The notes under the pieces are model-generated. The model had not been told where the DNA came from. It made no database searches and saw nothing but the letters and a program-made list of their open reading frames with translations. From Somniosus microcephalus (lineage: Eukaryota), in contig CM126218.1 in assembly GCA_052327205.1 (NCBI GenBank), positions 37,014,001 to 37,078,000 of the forward strand: 64,000 nt of DNA, in the 5' to 3' direction. Shown one piece after another: positions 28,501 to 43,500 of the stretch (positions are counted from its first letter, which is position 1; every line of letters starts with the position of its first letter). A program made the position numbers and the translations under genes.

Positions 28501-31500
28501 TCTCAATAAAATTATTTTAGCAGAAAGAGAATACAACCATATAATGGCCCGTACATTCAGGACATAATTTCATCAAGTATAAGAGTGGCTGGAATTGTCA
28601 GATAGATTTGATCGTGCTATTAATGGAGTTCCTGGAATTTTAGTTTTCAATGTCCAGTGGAAACTGCTTACAATGGACAGATCCATATTGACCCGAGTTC
28701 CCAGATCAACAGTGGCTCTGAAAATACTCGAGCAGCAGTCTTGGCGATTATACCAGGGTCACACCTCCCAAGGCCCTCCACAGCTGACCTGACCAGAATA
28801 TGTAGGTCAGTGGGAGGTCCTGTCATTTAAATATTATGGCAGGGACCTTCACCACAATATTCAGACACATGCCCTGCTGCTGTTTCTATTCAATGGAAAG
28901 AGATATGAAATTGCTGGCCATGCCCACCTCTGGCCACTTTCTTGATATGTGTGTGGACAGAATATTGGCTTATAATACAGAAGAGCCCGATGCTAGCCCG
29001 GAAGGAGGTGAACACATAACAGCTATTCTAAGTTTGATGGCTTTTCCAAACTGACTTGTGCAATGCTTTATCACATTATGTTTATAAAATTTCACTATTT
29101 TGGTGAAAAGAATATCAAGCCAGCACAACCTTTGACTGCATGACTGGTCGAGCACCAGGTTGTTTTATCATACTCGTAGTTCATTCATCATTTGAAAGAT
29201 TAAGGAGGTGATTTTTAGCTGCCTGTGAGGGGAGATGAAATTGTACAAAAAAATCTACTACCCAGAGGCCGCCCGACTCAATTTTCTAGCGGGCATTGAA
29301 ACAAAAACTGCCAAACCCTGTACCTAGTCTCAGAACGGTGAGGAATAGTCCGACAGGGATTTGCAGCTGAACCTGTAGCATGGAGAGAGATGGATCGGCT
29401 ATATGACTTTCTCTCATTCCTTGATATGGTTTTACATACTCAGTTTAAATATTGTGTGACAAATAATTTTGATAACTGAAAACATGTTATTTAATATATA
29501 TTTTAATACATCCTTCTCGCTTGGAGGATCGCACAGCGGGGGCACATCATAGGAATAGAAGCGTGGAAGTTAATGCACATCGCAAAATAATCCATCAATT
29601 GGCCTCAAATTCCTCATTTGCATCACACTCCGCTAAACATTATGTCAGGAGCACAATTTCCTAAAAGCGCCCCTATAGGTTACAACATAATGACCAGAGA
29701 TACAAACATTTCCAAAGCAAGCAATTAGAAAGGAAAATTTGAGATGTAAAAATGAAAGCCGTGTTTTGTTGCCTACTCAATGACAGACCACATGGAGTTA
29801 GAAACAATCCACTTGTGGAGACAGACTTGGTGCAAGGTATAAAACTGCTGTCACTTACCAGGCATGTAGCTGGTGGTAGACGTAGTGATAATCGGTGTCA
29901 CTTCTGGTGACGTAATTTCTATAGAGCAGGAAAAACATTTCAACTTGTTACACTGCACGCTGAGGCTCTGAGTCTGTATCAGGTTTAAAAACTTACTTTC
30001 CTGCTGCACATAGCCGAGCACAAAAGTTGCGAAAATTAAATCTATTCACTTCTATCTAAATCTATTCAATAAAATTATTTGAGCTGACAGAATACAACTA
30101 GTTAATGGCATTTACAGTAAGAACATCTTTTCCACAAGTATAAGAGTGGCTGGAATTGTCAGATAGATTTGATCGTGCTGTTAATGGAGTTCTTCGAAAT
30201 ATGAGTTTCAATGTCCAGTGGAAACTGCTTACAATGGACAGATCCATATTGACCCGAGTTCCCAGATGGTGGCTCTGAAAATCCTCGGGCAGCAATCCTG
30301 GCGATTATACCAGGGTCACACCTCCCAGGGCCCTCCACAGCTGACCTGACCAGAGTATGTAGGTCAGTGGGAGGTCCTGTTATTTAAATATTATGGCAGG
30401 GACCTTCACCACAACATTCAGACACATGCCCTGCTGCTGTTTCTATTCAGTGGAAATATAAATTAACCTGCTGGCCATGCCGACATCTGCATCGGTCAGA
30501 TTCTTGATATGTGTGTGGGCAGAATATTGGCTTATAATGCAGAAGAGCCCTATGCTAGCCCGGAACTTGGTGAACACATAACAGCTATTCTAAGTTTGCT
30601 GACTTTTCCAAACTGACTTGTGCAATACTTTATCACATTCTAGTTACACAATTTCACCACAATGATGTAAAGTACACCAAGCCAGCACAACATTTGACTC
30701 TATGACTGATCTACCATCAAAGTGTTTTATCATGCTAGGTTTACATTCATCATTTGAAAGATCAAGGGGTGATTTTCATCTGCTTCCAAGGGTGGCAGTG
30801 GCGGAGGGAAAGTAATTCTAAAAAAGAACCGACTGCCCAGAGGCCGGCTGACTCGATTTTCTACCAGACATTGAAACAAGAACTGGTGAGCCCTGTACTT
30901 GGGCCCGGAACGGTGAGGAATAGTGCGATAGAGTTTTGCTGCTGAACCTGTATGATGGGGTGAGTTGGGTCGGCTACATGACTTTCTATCATTCCTTGTT
31001 ATTGTTTTACAACCTCAGTGTTGGACATTGTGTGACAAATAAATGAAAACGTGTTATTTAATAAGAATATATATTATAATACACCCTTCTCGCTTGGAAC
31101 TTCCCTTGCCGGGGACACAGAACAGGAATAAGGGCGTGGATGTTAATGCACATTGCAAAATAATACGTCAATTGGTGTCAAATTCCTGATTTGCATCACA
31201 CTATAATGACCAGAGATACAAACATTTCCAAAGCAAACAATTAGAAAGGAAAATTTGAGATGTAAAAATGAAAGCCGTGTTTTGTTACCTACTCAATGAC
31301 AGACCACATGGAGTTAGAAACAATTCCCTTGAGGAGACAGACTTGGTGCAAGGTATCACTTACCAGGTATGTAGCTGGTGGTAGACGTAGTGGTAATCGG
31401 TGTCACTTCTGGTGATGTAATTTCTATAGAGCAGGAAAAACATTTCAACCTGTTACACTGCACGCTGAGGCTCTGAGTCTGTATCAGGTTTAAAAACTTA

Positions 31501-34500
31501 CTTTCCTGCTGCACATAGCCGAGCACAAAATTACAAAAATTAAATCTATTCACTTCTATCTTAGTCTCTCAATAAAATTATTTTAGCAGAAAGAGAATAC
31601 AACCATATAATGGCCCGTACATTCAGGACATAATTTCATCAAGTATAAGAGTGGCTGGAATTGTCAGATAGATTTGATCGTGCTATTAATGGAGTTCCTG
31701 GAATTTTAGTTTTCAATGTCCAGTGGAAACTGCTTACAATGGACAGATCCATATTGACCCGAGTTCCCAGATCAACAGTGGCTCTGAAAATACTCGAGCA
31801 GCAGTCTTGGCGATTATACCAGGGTCACACCTCCCAAGGCCCTCCACAGCTGACCTGACCAGAATATGTAGGTCAGTGGGAGGTCCTGTCATTTAAATAT
31901 TATGGCAGGGACCTTCACCACAATATTCAGACACATGCCCTGCTGCTGTTTCTATTCAGTGGAAAGAGATACGAAATTGCTGGCCATGCCCACCTCTGGC
32001 CACTTTCTTGATATGTGTGTGGACAGAATATTGGCTTATAATACAGAAGAGCCCGATGCTAGCCCGGAAGGAGGTGAACACATAACAGCTATTCTAAGTT
32101 TGATGGCTTTTCCAAACTGACTTGTGCAATGCTTTATCACATTATGTTTATAAAATTTCACTATTTTGGTGAAAAGAATATCAAGCCAGCACAACCTTTG
32201 ACTGCATGACTGGTCGAGCACCAGGTTGTTTTATCATACTCGTAGTTCATTCATCATTTGAAAGATTAAGGAGGTGATTTTTAGCTGCCTGTGAGGGGAG
32301 ATGAAATTGTACAAAAAAATCTACTACCCAGAGGCCGCCCGACTCAATTTTCTAGCGGGCATTGAAACAAAAACTGCCGAACCCTGTACCTAGTCTCAGA
32401 ACGGTGAGGAATAGTCCGACAGGGTTTTGCAGCTGAACCTGTAGCATGGAGAGAGATGGATCGGCTATATGACTTTCTCTCATTCCTTGATATGGTTTTA
32501 CATACTCAGTTTAAATATTGTGTGACAAATCATTTTGATAACTGAAAACATGTTATTTAATAATATATATTTTAATACATCCTTCTCGCTTGGAGGATCG
32601 CACAGCGGGGGCACATCATAGGAATAGAAGCGTGGAAGTTAATGCACATCGCAAAATAATCCATCAATTGGCCTCAAATTCCTCATTTGCATCACACTCC
32701 GCTAAACATTATGTCAGGAGCACAATTTCCTAAAAGCGCCCCTATAGGTTACAACATAATGACCAGAGATACAAACATTTCCAAAGCAAGCAATTAGAAA
32801 GGAAAATTTGAGATGTAAAAATGAAAGCCGTGTTTTGTTACCTACTCAATGACAGACCACATGGAGTTAGAAACAATCCACTTGTGGAGACAGACTTGGT
32901 GCAAGGTATAAAACTGCTGTCACTTACCAGGCATGTAGCTGGTGGTAGACGTAGTGATAATCGGTGTCACTTCTGGTGACGTAATTTCTATAGAGCAGGA
33001 AAAACATTTCAACTTGTTACACTGCACGCTGAGGCTCTGAGTCTGTATCAGGTTTAAAAACTTACTTTCCTGCTGCACATAGCCGAGCACAAAAGTTGCG
33101 AAAATTAAATCTATTCACTTCTATCTAAATCTATTCAATAAAATTATTTGAGCTGACAGAATACAACTAGTTAATGGCATTTACAGTAAGAACATCTTTT
33201 CCACAAGTATAAGAGTGGCTGGAATTGTCAGATAGATTTGATCGTGCTGTTAATGGAGTTCTTCGAAATATGAGTTTCAATGTCCAGTGGAAACTGCTTA
33301 CAATGGACAGATCCATATTGACCCGAGTTCCCAGATGGTGGCTCTGAAAATCCTCGGGCAGCAATCCTGGCGATTATACCAGGGTCACACCTCCCAGGGC
33401 CCTCCACAGCTGACCTGACCAGAGTATGTAGGTCAGTGGGAGGTCCTGTTATTTAAATATTATGGCAGGGACCTTCACCACAACATTCAGACACATGCCC
33501 TGCTGCTGTTTCTATTCAGTGGAAATATAAATTAACCTGCTGGCCATGCCGACATCTGCATCGGTCAGATTCTTGATATGTGTGTGGGCAGAATATTGGC
33601 TTATAATGCAGAAGAGCCCTATGCTAGCCCGGAACTTGGTGAACACATAACAGCTATTCTAAGTTTGCTGACTTTTCCAAACTGACTTGTGCAATACTTT
33701 ATCACATTCTAGTTACACAATTTCACCACAATGATGTAAAGTACACCAAGCCAGCACAACATTTGACTCTATGACTGATCTACCATCAAAGTGTTTTATC
33801 ATGCTAGGTTTACATTCATCATTTGAAAGATCAAGGGGTGATTTTCATCTGCTTCCAAGGGTGGCAGTGGCGGAGGGAAAGTAATTCTAAAAAAGAACCG
33901 ACTGCCCAGAGGCCGGCTGACTCGATTTTCTACCAGACATTGAAACAAGAACTGGTGAGCCCTGTACTTGGGCCCGGAACGGTGAGGAATAGTGCGATAG
34001 AGTTTTGCTGCTGAACCTGTATGATGGGGTGAGTTGGGTCGGCTACATGACTTTCTATCATTCCTTGTTATTGTTTTACAACCTCAGTGTTGGACATTGT
34101 GTGACAAATAAATGAAAACGTGTTATTTAATAAGAATATATATTATAATACACCCTTCTCGCTTGGAACTTCCCTTGCCGGGGACACAGAACAGGAATAA
34201 GGGCGTGGATGTTAATGCACATTGCAAAATAATACGTCAATTGGTGTCAAATTCCTGATTTGCATCACACTATAATGACCAGAGATACAAACATTTCCAA
34301 AGCAAACAATTAGAAAGGAAAATTTGAGATGTAAAAATGAAAGCCGTGTTTTGTTACCTACTCAATGACAGACCACATGGAGTTAGAAACAATTCCCTTG
34401 AGGAGACAGACTTGGTGCAAGGTATCACTTACCAGGTATGTAGCTGGTGGTAGACGTAGTGGTAATCGGTGTCACTTCTGGTGATGTAATTTCTATAGAG

Positions 34501-37500
34501 CAGGAAAAACATTTCAACCTGTTACACTGCACGCTGAGGCTCTGAGTCTGTATCAGGTTTAAAAACTTACTTTCCTGCTGCACATAGCCGAGCACAAAAT
34601 TACAAAAATTAAATCTATTCACTTCTATCTTAGTCTCTCAATAAAATTATTTTAGCAGAAAGAGAATACAACCATATAATGGCCCGTACATTCAGGACAT
34701 AATTTCATCAAGTATAAGAGTGGCTGGAATTGTCAGATAGATTTGATCGTGCTATTAATGGAGTTCCTGGAATTTTAGTTTTCAATGTCCAGTGGAAACT
34801 GCTTACAATGGACAGATCCATATTGACCCGAGTTCCCAGATCAACAGTGGCTCTGAAAATACTCGAGCAGCAGTCTTGGCGATTATACCAGGGTCACACC
34901 TCCCAAGGCCCTCCACAGCTGACCTGACCAGAATATGTAGGTCAGTGGGAGGTCCTGTCATTTAAATATTATGGCAGGGACCTTCACCACAATATTCAGA
35001 CACATGCCCTGCTGCTGTTTCTATTCAATGGAAAGAGATATGAAATTGCTGGCCATGCCCACCTCTGGCCACTTTCTTGATATGTGTGTGGACAGAATAT
35101 TGGCTTATAATACAGAAGAGCCCGATGCTAGCCCGGAAGGAGGTGAACACATAACAGCTATTCTAAGTTTGATGGCTTTTCCAAACTGACTTGTGCAATG
35201 CTTTATCACATTATGTTTATAAAATTTCACTATTTTGGTGAAAAGAATATCAAGCCAGCACAACCTTTGACTGCATGACTGGTCGAGCACCAGGTTGTTT
35301 TATCATACTCGTAGTTCATTCATCATTTGAAAGATTAAGGAGGTGATTTTTAGCTGCCTGTGAGGGGAGATGAAATTGTACAAAAAAATCTACTACCCAG
35401 AGGCCGCCCGACTCAATTTTCTAGCGGGCATTGAAACAAAAACTGCCAAACCCTGTACCTAGTCTCAGAACGGTGAGGAATAGTCCGACAGGGTTTTGCA
35501 GCTGAACCTGTAGCATGGAGAGAGATGGATCGGCTATATGACTTTCTCTCATTCCTTGATATGGTTTTACATACTCAGTTTAAATATTGTGTGACAAATA
35601 ATTTTGATAACTGAAAACATGTTATTTAATATATATTTTAATACATCCTTCTCGCTTGGAGGATCGCACAGCGGGGGCACATCATAGGAATAGAAGCGTG
35701 GAAGTTAATGCACATCGCAAAATAATCCATCAATTGGCCTCAAATTCCTCATTTGCATCACACTCCGCTAAACATTATGTCAGGAGCACAATTTCCTAAA
35801 AGCGCCCCTATAGGTTACAACATAATGACCAGAGATACAAACATTTCCAAAGCAAGCAATTAGAAAGGAAAATTTGAGATGTAAAAATGAAAGCCGTGTT
35901 TTGTTGCCTACTCAATGACAGACCACATGGAGTTAGAAACAATCCACTTGTGGAGACAGACTTGGTGCAAGGTATAAAACTGCTGTCACTTACCAGGCAT
36001 GTAGCTGGTGGTAGACGTAGTGATAATCGGTGTCACTTCTGGTGACGTAATTTCTATAGAGCAGGAAAAACATTTCAACTTGTTACACTGCACGCTGAGG
36101 CTCTGAGTCTGTATCAGGTTTAAAAACTTACTTTCCTGCTGCACATAGCCGAGCACAAAAGTTGCGAAAATTAAATCTATTCACTTCTATCTAAATCTAT
36201 TCAATAAAATTATTTGAGCTGACAGAATACAACTAGTTAATGGCATTTACAGTAAGAACATCTTTTCCACAAGTATAAGAGTGGCTGGAATTGTCAGATA
36301 GATTTGATCGTGCTGTTAATGGAGTTCTTCGAAATATGAGTTTCAATGTCCAGTGGAAACTGCTTACAATGGACAGATCCATATTGACCCGAGTTCCCAG
36401 ATGGTGGCTCTGAAAATCCTCGGGCAGCAATCCTGGCGATTATACCAGGGTCACACCTCCCAGGGCCCTCCACAGCTGACCTGACCAGAGTATGTAGGTC
36501 AGTGGGAGGTCCTGTTATTTAAATATTATGGCAGGGACCTTCACCACAACATTCAGACACATGCCCTGCTGCTGTTTCTATTCAGTGGAAATATAAATTA
36601 ACCTGCTGGCCATGCCGACATCTGCATCGGTCAGATTCTTGATATGTGTGTGGGCAGAATATTGGCTTATAATGCAGAAGAGCCCTATGCTAGCCCGGAA
36701 CTTGGTGAACACATAACAGCTATTCTAAGTTTGCTGACTTTTCCAAACTGACTTGTGCAATACTTTATCACATTCTAGTTACACAATTTCACCACAATGA
36801 TGTAAAGTACACCAAGCCAGCACAACATTTGACTCTATGACTGATCTACCATCAAAGTGTTTTATCATGCTAGGTTTACATTCATCATTTGAAAGATCAA
36901 GGGGTGATTTTCATCTGCTTCCAAGGGTGGCAGTGGCGGAGGGAAAGTAATTCTAAAAAAGAACCGACTGCCCAGAGGCCGGCTGACTCGATTTTCTACC
37001 AGACATTGAAACAAGAACTGGTGAGCCCTGTACTTGGGCCCGGAACGGTGAGGAATAGTGCGATAGAGTTTTGCTGCTGAACCTGTATGAATGGGTGAGT
37101 TGGGTCGGCTACATGACTTTCTATCATTCCTTGTTATTGTTTTACAACCTCAGTGTTGGACATTGAGTGACAAATAAATGAAAACGTGTTATTTAATAAG
37201 AATATATATTATAATACACCCTTCTCGCTTGGAACTTCCCTTGCCGGGGACACAGAACAGGAATAAGGGCGTGGATGTTAATGCACATTGCAAAATAATA
37301 CGTCAATTGGTGTCAAATTCCTGATTTGCATCACACTATAATGACCAGAGATACAAACATTTCCAAAGCAAACAATTAGAAAGGAAAATTTGAGATGTAA
37401 AAATGAAAGCCGTGTTTTGTTACCTACTCAATGACAGACCACATGGAGTTAGAAACAATTCCCTTGAGGAGACAGACTTGGTGCAAGGTATCACTTACCA

Positions 37501-40500
37501 GGTATGTAGCTGGTGGTAGACGTAGTGGTAATCGGTGTCACTTCTGGTGATGTAATTTCTATAGAGCAGGAAAAACATTTCAACCTGTTACACTGCACGC
37601 TGAGGCTCTGAGTCTGTATCAGGTTTAAAAACTTACTTTCCTGCTGCACATAGCCGAGCACAAAATTACAAAAATTAAATCTATTCACTTCTATCTTAGT
37701 CTCTCAATAAAATTATTTTAGCAGAAAGAGAATACAACCATATAATGGCCCGTACATTCAGGACATAATTTCATCAAGTATAAGAGTGGCTGGAATTGTC
37801 AGATAGATTTGATCGTGCTATTAATGGAGTTCCTGGAATTTTAGTTTTCAATGTCCAGTGGAAACTGCTTACAATGGACAGATCCATATTGACCCGAGTT
37901 CCCAGATCAACAGTGGCTCTGAAAATACTCGAGCAGCAGTCTTGGCGATTATACCAGGGTCACACCTCCCAAGGCCCTCCACAGCTGACCTGACCAGAAT
38001 ATGTAGGTCAGTGGGAGGTCCTGTCATTTAAATATTATGGCAGGGACCTTCACCACAATATTCAGACACATGCCCTGCTGCTGTTTCTATTCAGTGGAAA
38101 GAGATATGAAATTGCTGGCCATGCCCACCTCTGGCCACTTTCTTGATATGTGTGTGGACAGAATATTGGCTTATAATACAGAAGAGCCCGATGCTAGCCC
38201 GGAAGGAGGTGAACACATAACAGCTATTCTAAGTTTGATGGCTTTTCCAAACTGACTTGTGCAATGCTTTATCACATTATGTTTATAAAATTTCACTATT
38301 TTAGTGAAAAGAATATCAAGCCAGCACAACCTTTGACTGCATGACTGGTCGAGCACCAGGTTGTTTTATCATACTCGTAGTTCATTCATCATTTGAAAGA
38401 TTAAGGAGGTGATTTTTAGCTGCCTGTGAGGGGAGATGAAATTGTACAAAAAAATCTACTACCCAGAGGCCGCCCGACTCAATTTTCTAGCGGGCATTGA
38501 AACAAAAACTGCCAAACCCTGTACCTAGTCTCAGAACGGTGAGGAATAGTCCGACAGGGTTTTGCAGCTGAACCTGTAGCATGGAGAGAGATGGATCGGC
38601 TATATGACTTTCTCTCATTCCTTGATATGGTTTTACATACTCAGTTTAAATATTGTGTGACAAATAATTTTGATAACTGAAAACATGTTATTTAATAATA
38701 TATATTTTAATACATCCTTCTCGCTTGGAGGATCGCACAGCGGGGGCACATCATAGGAATAGAAGCGTGGAAGTTAATGCACATCGCAAAATAATCCATC
38801 AATTGGCCTCAAATTCCTCATTTGCATCACACTCCGCTAAACATTATGTCAGGAGCACAATTTCCTAAAAGCGCCCCTATAGGTTACAACATAATGACCA
38901 GAGATACAAACATTTCCAAAGCAAGCAATTAGAAAGGAAAATTTGAGATGTAAAAATGAAAGCCGTGTTTTGTTACCTACTCAATGACAGACCACATGGA
39001 GTTAGAAACAATCCACTTGTGGAGACAGACTTGGTGCAAGGTATAAAACTGCTGTCACTTACCAGGCATGTAGCTGGTGGTAGACGTAGTGATAATCGGT
39101 GTCACTTCTGGTGACGTAATTTCTATAGAGCAGGAAAAACATTTCAACTTGTTACACTGCACGCTGAGGCTCTGAGTCTGTATCAGGTTTAAAAACTTAC
39201 TTTCCTGCTGCACATAGCCGAGCACAAAAGTTGCGAAAATTAAATCTATTCACTTCTATCTAAATCTATTCAATAAAATTATTTGAGCTGACAGAATACA
39301 ACTAGTTAATGGCATTTACAGTAAGAACATCTTTTCCACAAGTATAAGAGTGGCTGGAATTGTCAGATAGATTTGATCGTGCTGTTAATGGAGTTCTTCG
39401 AAATATGAGTTTCAATGTCCAGTGGAAACTGCTTACAATGGACAGATCCATATTGACCCGAGTTCCCAGATGGTGGCTCTGAAAATCCTCGGGCAGCAAT
39501 CCTGGCGATTATACCAGGGTCACGCCTCCCAGGGCCCTCCACAGCTGACCTGACCAGAGTATGTAGGTCAGTGGGAGGTCCTGTTATTTAAATATTATGG
39601 CAGGGACCTTCACCACAACATTCAGACACATGCCCTGCTGCTGTTTCTATTCAGTGGAAATATAAATTAACCTGCTGGCCATGCCGACATCTGCATCGGT
39701 CAGATTCTTGATATGTGTGTGGGCAGAATATTGGCTTATAATGCAGAAGAGCCCTATGCTAGCCCGGAACTTGGTGAACACATAACAGCTATTCTAAGTT
39801 TGCTGACTTTTCCAAACTGACTTGTGCAATACTTTATCACATTCTAGTTACACAATTTCACCACAATGATGTAAAGTACACCAAGCCAGCACAACATTTG
39901 ACTCTATGACTGATCTACCATCAAAGTGTTTTATCATGCTAGGTTTACATTCATCATTTGAAAGATCAAGGGGTGATTTTCATCTGCTTCCAAGTGTGGC
40001 AGTGGCGGAGGGAAAGTAATTCTAAAAAAGAACCGACTGCCCAGAGGCCGGCTGACTCGATTTTCTACCAGACATTGAAACAAGAACTGGTGAGCCCTGT
40101 ACTTGGGCCCGGAACGGTGAGGAATAGTGCGATAGAGTTTTGCTGCTGAACCTGTATGAATGGGTGAGTTGGGTCGGCTACATGACTTTCTATCATTCCT
40201 TGTTATTGTTTTACAACCTCAGTGTTGGACATTGTGTGACAAATAAATGAAAACGTGTTATTTAATAAGAATATATATTATAATACACCCTTCTCGCTTG
40301 GAACTTCCCTTGCCGGGGACACAGAACAGGAATAAGGGCGTGGATGTTAATGCACATTGCAAAATAATACGTCAATTGGTGTCAAATTCCTGATTTGCAT
40401 CACACTATAATGACCAGAGATACAAACATTTCCAAAGCAAACAATTAGAAAGGAAAATTTGAGATGTAAAAATGAAAGCCGTGTTTTGTTACCTACTCAA

Positions 40501-43500
40501 TGACAGACCACATGGAGTTAGAAACAATTCCCTTGAGGAGACAGACTTGGTGCAAGGTATCACTTACCAGGTATGTAGCTGGTGGTAGACGTAGTGGTAA
40601 TCGGTGTCACTTCTGGTGATGTAATTTCTATAGAGCAGGAAAAACATTTCAACCTGTTACACTGCACGCTGAGGCTCTGAGTCTGTATCAGGTTTAAAAA
40701 CTTACTTTCCTGCTGCACATAGCCGAGCACAAAATTACAAAAATTAAATCTATTCACTTCTATCTTAGTCTCTCAATAAAATTATTTTAGCAGAAAGAGA
40801 ATACAACCATATAATGGCCCGTACATTCAGGACATAATTACATCAAGTATAAGAGTGGCTGGAATTGTCAGATAGATTTGATCGTGCTATTAATGGAGTT
40901 CCTGGAATTTTAGTTTTCAATGTCCAGTGGAAACTGCTTACAATGGACAGATCCATATTGACCCGAGTTCCCAGATCAACAGTGGCTCTGAAAATACTCG
41001 AGCAGCAGTCTTGGCGATTATACCAGGGTCACACCTCCCAAGGCCCTCCACAGCTGACCTGACCAGAATATGTAGGTCAGTGGGAGGTCCTGTCATTTAA
41101 ATATTATGGCAGGGACCTTCACCACAATATTCAGACACATGCCCTGCTGCTGTTTCGATTCAGTGGAAAGAGATATGAAATTGCTGGCCATGCCCACCTC
41201 TGGCCACTTTCTTGATATGTGTGTGGACAGAATATTGGCTTATAATACAGAAGAGCCCGATGCTAGCCCGGAAGGAGGTGAACACATAACAGCTATTCTA
41301 AGTTTGATGGCTTTTCCAAACTGACTTGTGCAATGCTTTATCACATTATGTTTATAAAATTTCACTATTTTGGTGAAAAGAATATCAAGCCAGCACAACC
41401 TTTGACTGCATGACTGGTCGAGCACCAGGTTGTTTTATCATACTCGTAGTTCATTCATCATTTGAAAGATTAAGGAGGTGATTTTTAGCTGCCTGTGAGG
41501 GGAGATGAAATTGTACAAAAAAATCTACTACCCAGAGGCCGCCCGACTCAATTTTCTAGCGGGCATTGAAACAAAAACTGCCGAACCCTGTACCTAGTCT
41601 CAGAACGGTGAGGAATAGTTCGACAGGGTTTTGCAGCTGAACCTGTAGCATGGAGAGAGATGGATCGGCTATATGACTTTCTCTCATTCCTTGATATGGT
41701 TTTACATACTCAGTTTAAATATTGTGTGACAAATAATTTTGATAACTGAAAACATGTTATTTAATAATATATATTTTAATACATCCTTCTCGCTTGGAGG
41801 ATCGCACAGCGGGGGCACATCATAGGAATAGAAGCGTGGAAGTTAATGCACATCGCAAAATAATCCATCAATTGGCCTCAAATTCCTCATTTGCATCACA
41901 CTCCGCTAAACATTATGTCAGGAGCACAATTTCCTAAAAGCGCCCCTATAGGTTACAACATAATGACCAGAGATACAAACATTTCCAAAGCAAGCAATTA
42001 GAAAGGAAAATTTGAGATGTAAAAATGAAAGCCGTGTTTTGTTACCTACTCAATGACAGACCACATGGAGTTAGAAACAATCCACTTGTGGAGACAGACT
42101 TGGTGCAAGGTATAAAACTGCTGTCACTTACCAGGTATGTAGCTGGTGGTAGACGTAGTGATAATCGGTGTCACTTCTGGTGACGTAATTTCTATAGAGC
42201 AGGAAAAACATTTCAACTTGTTACACTGCACGCTGAGGCTCTGAGTCTGTATCAGGTTTAAAAACTTACTTTCCTGCTGCACATAGCCGAGCACAAAAGT
42301 TGCGAAAATTAAATCTATTCACTTCTATCTAAATCTATTCAATAAAATTATTTGAGCTGACAGAATACAACTAGTTAATGGCATTTACAGTAAGAACATC
42401 TTTTCCACAAGTATAAGAGTGGCTGGAATTGTCAGATAGATTTGATCGTGCTGTTAATGGAGTTCTTCGAAATATGAGTTTCAATGTCCAGTGGAAACTG
42501 CTTACAATGGACAGATCCATATTGACCCGAGTTCCCAGATGGTGGCTCTGAAAATCCTCGGGCAGCAATCCTGGCGATTATACCAGGGTCACGCCTCCCA
42601 GGGCCCTCCACAGCTGACCTGACCAGAGTATGTAGGTCAGTGGGAGGTCCTGTTATTTAAATATTATGGCAGGGACCTTCACCACAACATTCAGACACAT
42701 GCCCTGCTGCTGTTTCTATTCAGTGGAAATATAAATTAACCTGCTGGCCATGCCGACATCTGCATCGGTCAGATTCTTGATATGTGTGTGGGCAGAATAT
42801 TGGCTTATAATGCAGAAGAGCCCTATGCTAGCCCGGAACTTGGTGAACACATAACAGCTATTCTAAGTTTGCTGACTTTTCCAAACTGACTTGTGCAATA
42901 CTTTATCACATTCTAGTTACACAATTTCACCACAATGATGTAAAGTACACCAAGCCAGCACAACATTTGACTCTATGACTGATCTACCATCAAAGTGTTT
43001 TATCATGCTAGGTTTACATTCATCATTTGAAAGATCAAGGGGTGATTTTCATCTGCTTCCAAGTGTGGCAGTGGCGGAGGGAAAGTAATTCTAAAAAAGA
43101 ACCGACTGCCCAGAGGCCGGCTGACTCGATTTTCTACCAGACATTGAAACAAGAACTGGTGAGCCCTGTACTTGGGCCCGGAACGGTGAGGAATAGTGCG
43201 ATAGAGTTTTGCTGCTGAACCTGTATGAATGGGTGAGTTGGGTCGGCTACATGACTTTCTATCATTCCTTGTTATTGTTTTACAACCTCAGTGTTGGACA
43301 TTGTGTGACAAATAAATGAAAACGTGTTATTTAATAAGAATATATATTATAATACACCCTTCTCGCTTGGAACTTCCCTTGCCGGGGACACAGAACAGGA
43401 ATAAGGGCGTGGATGTTAATGCACATTGCAAAATAATACGTCAATTGGTGTCAAATTCCTGATTTGCATCACACTATAATGACCAGAGATACAAACATTT

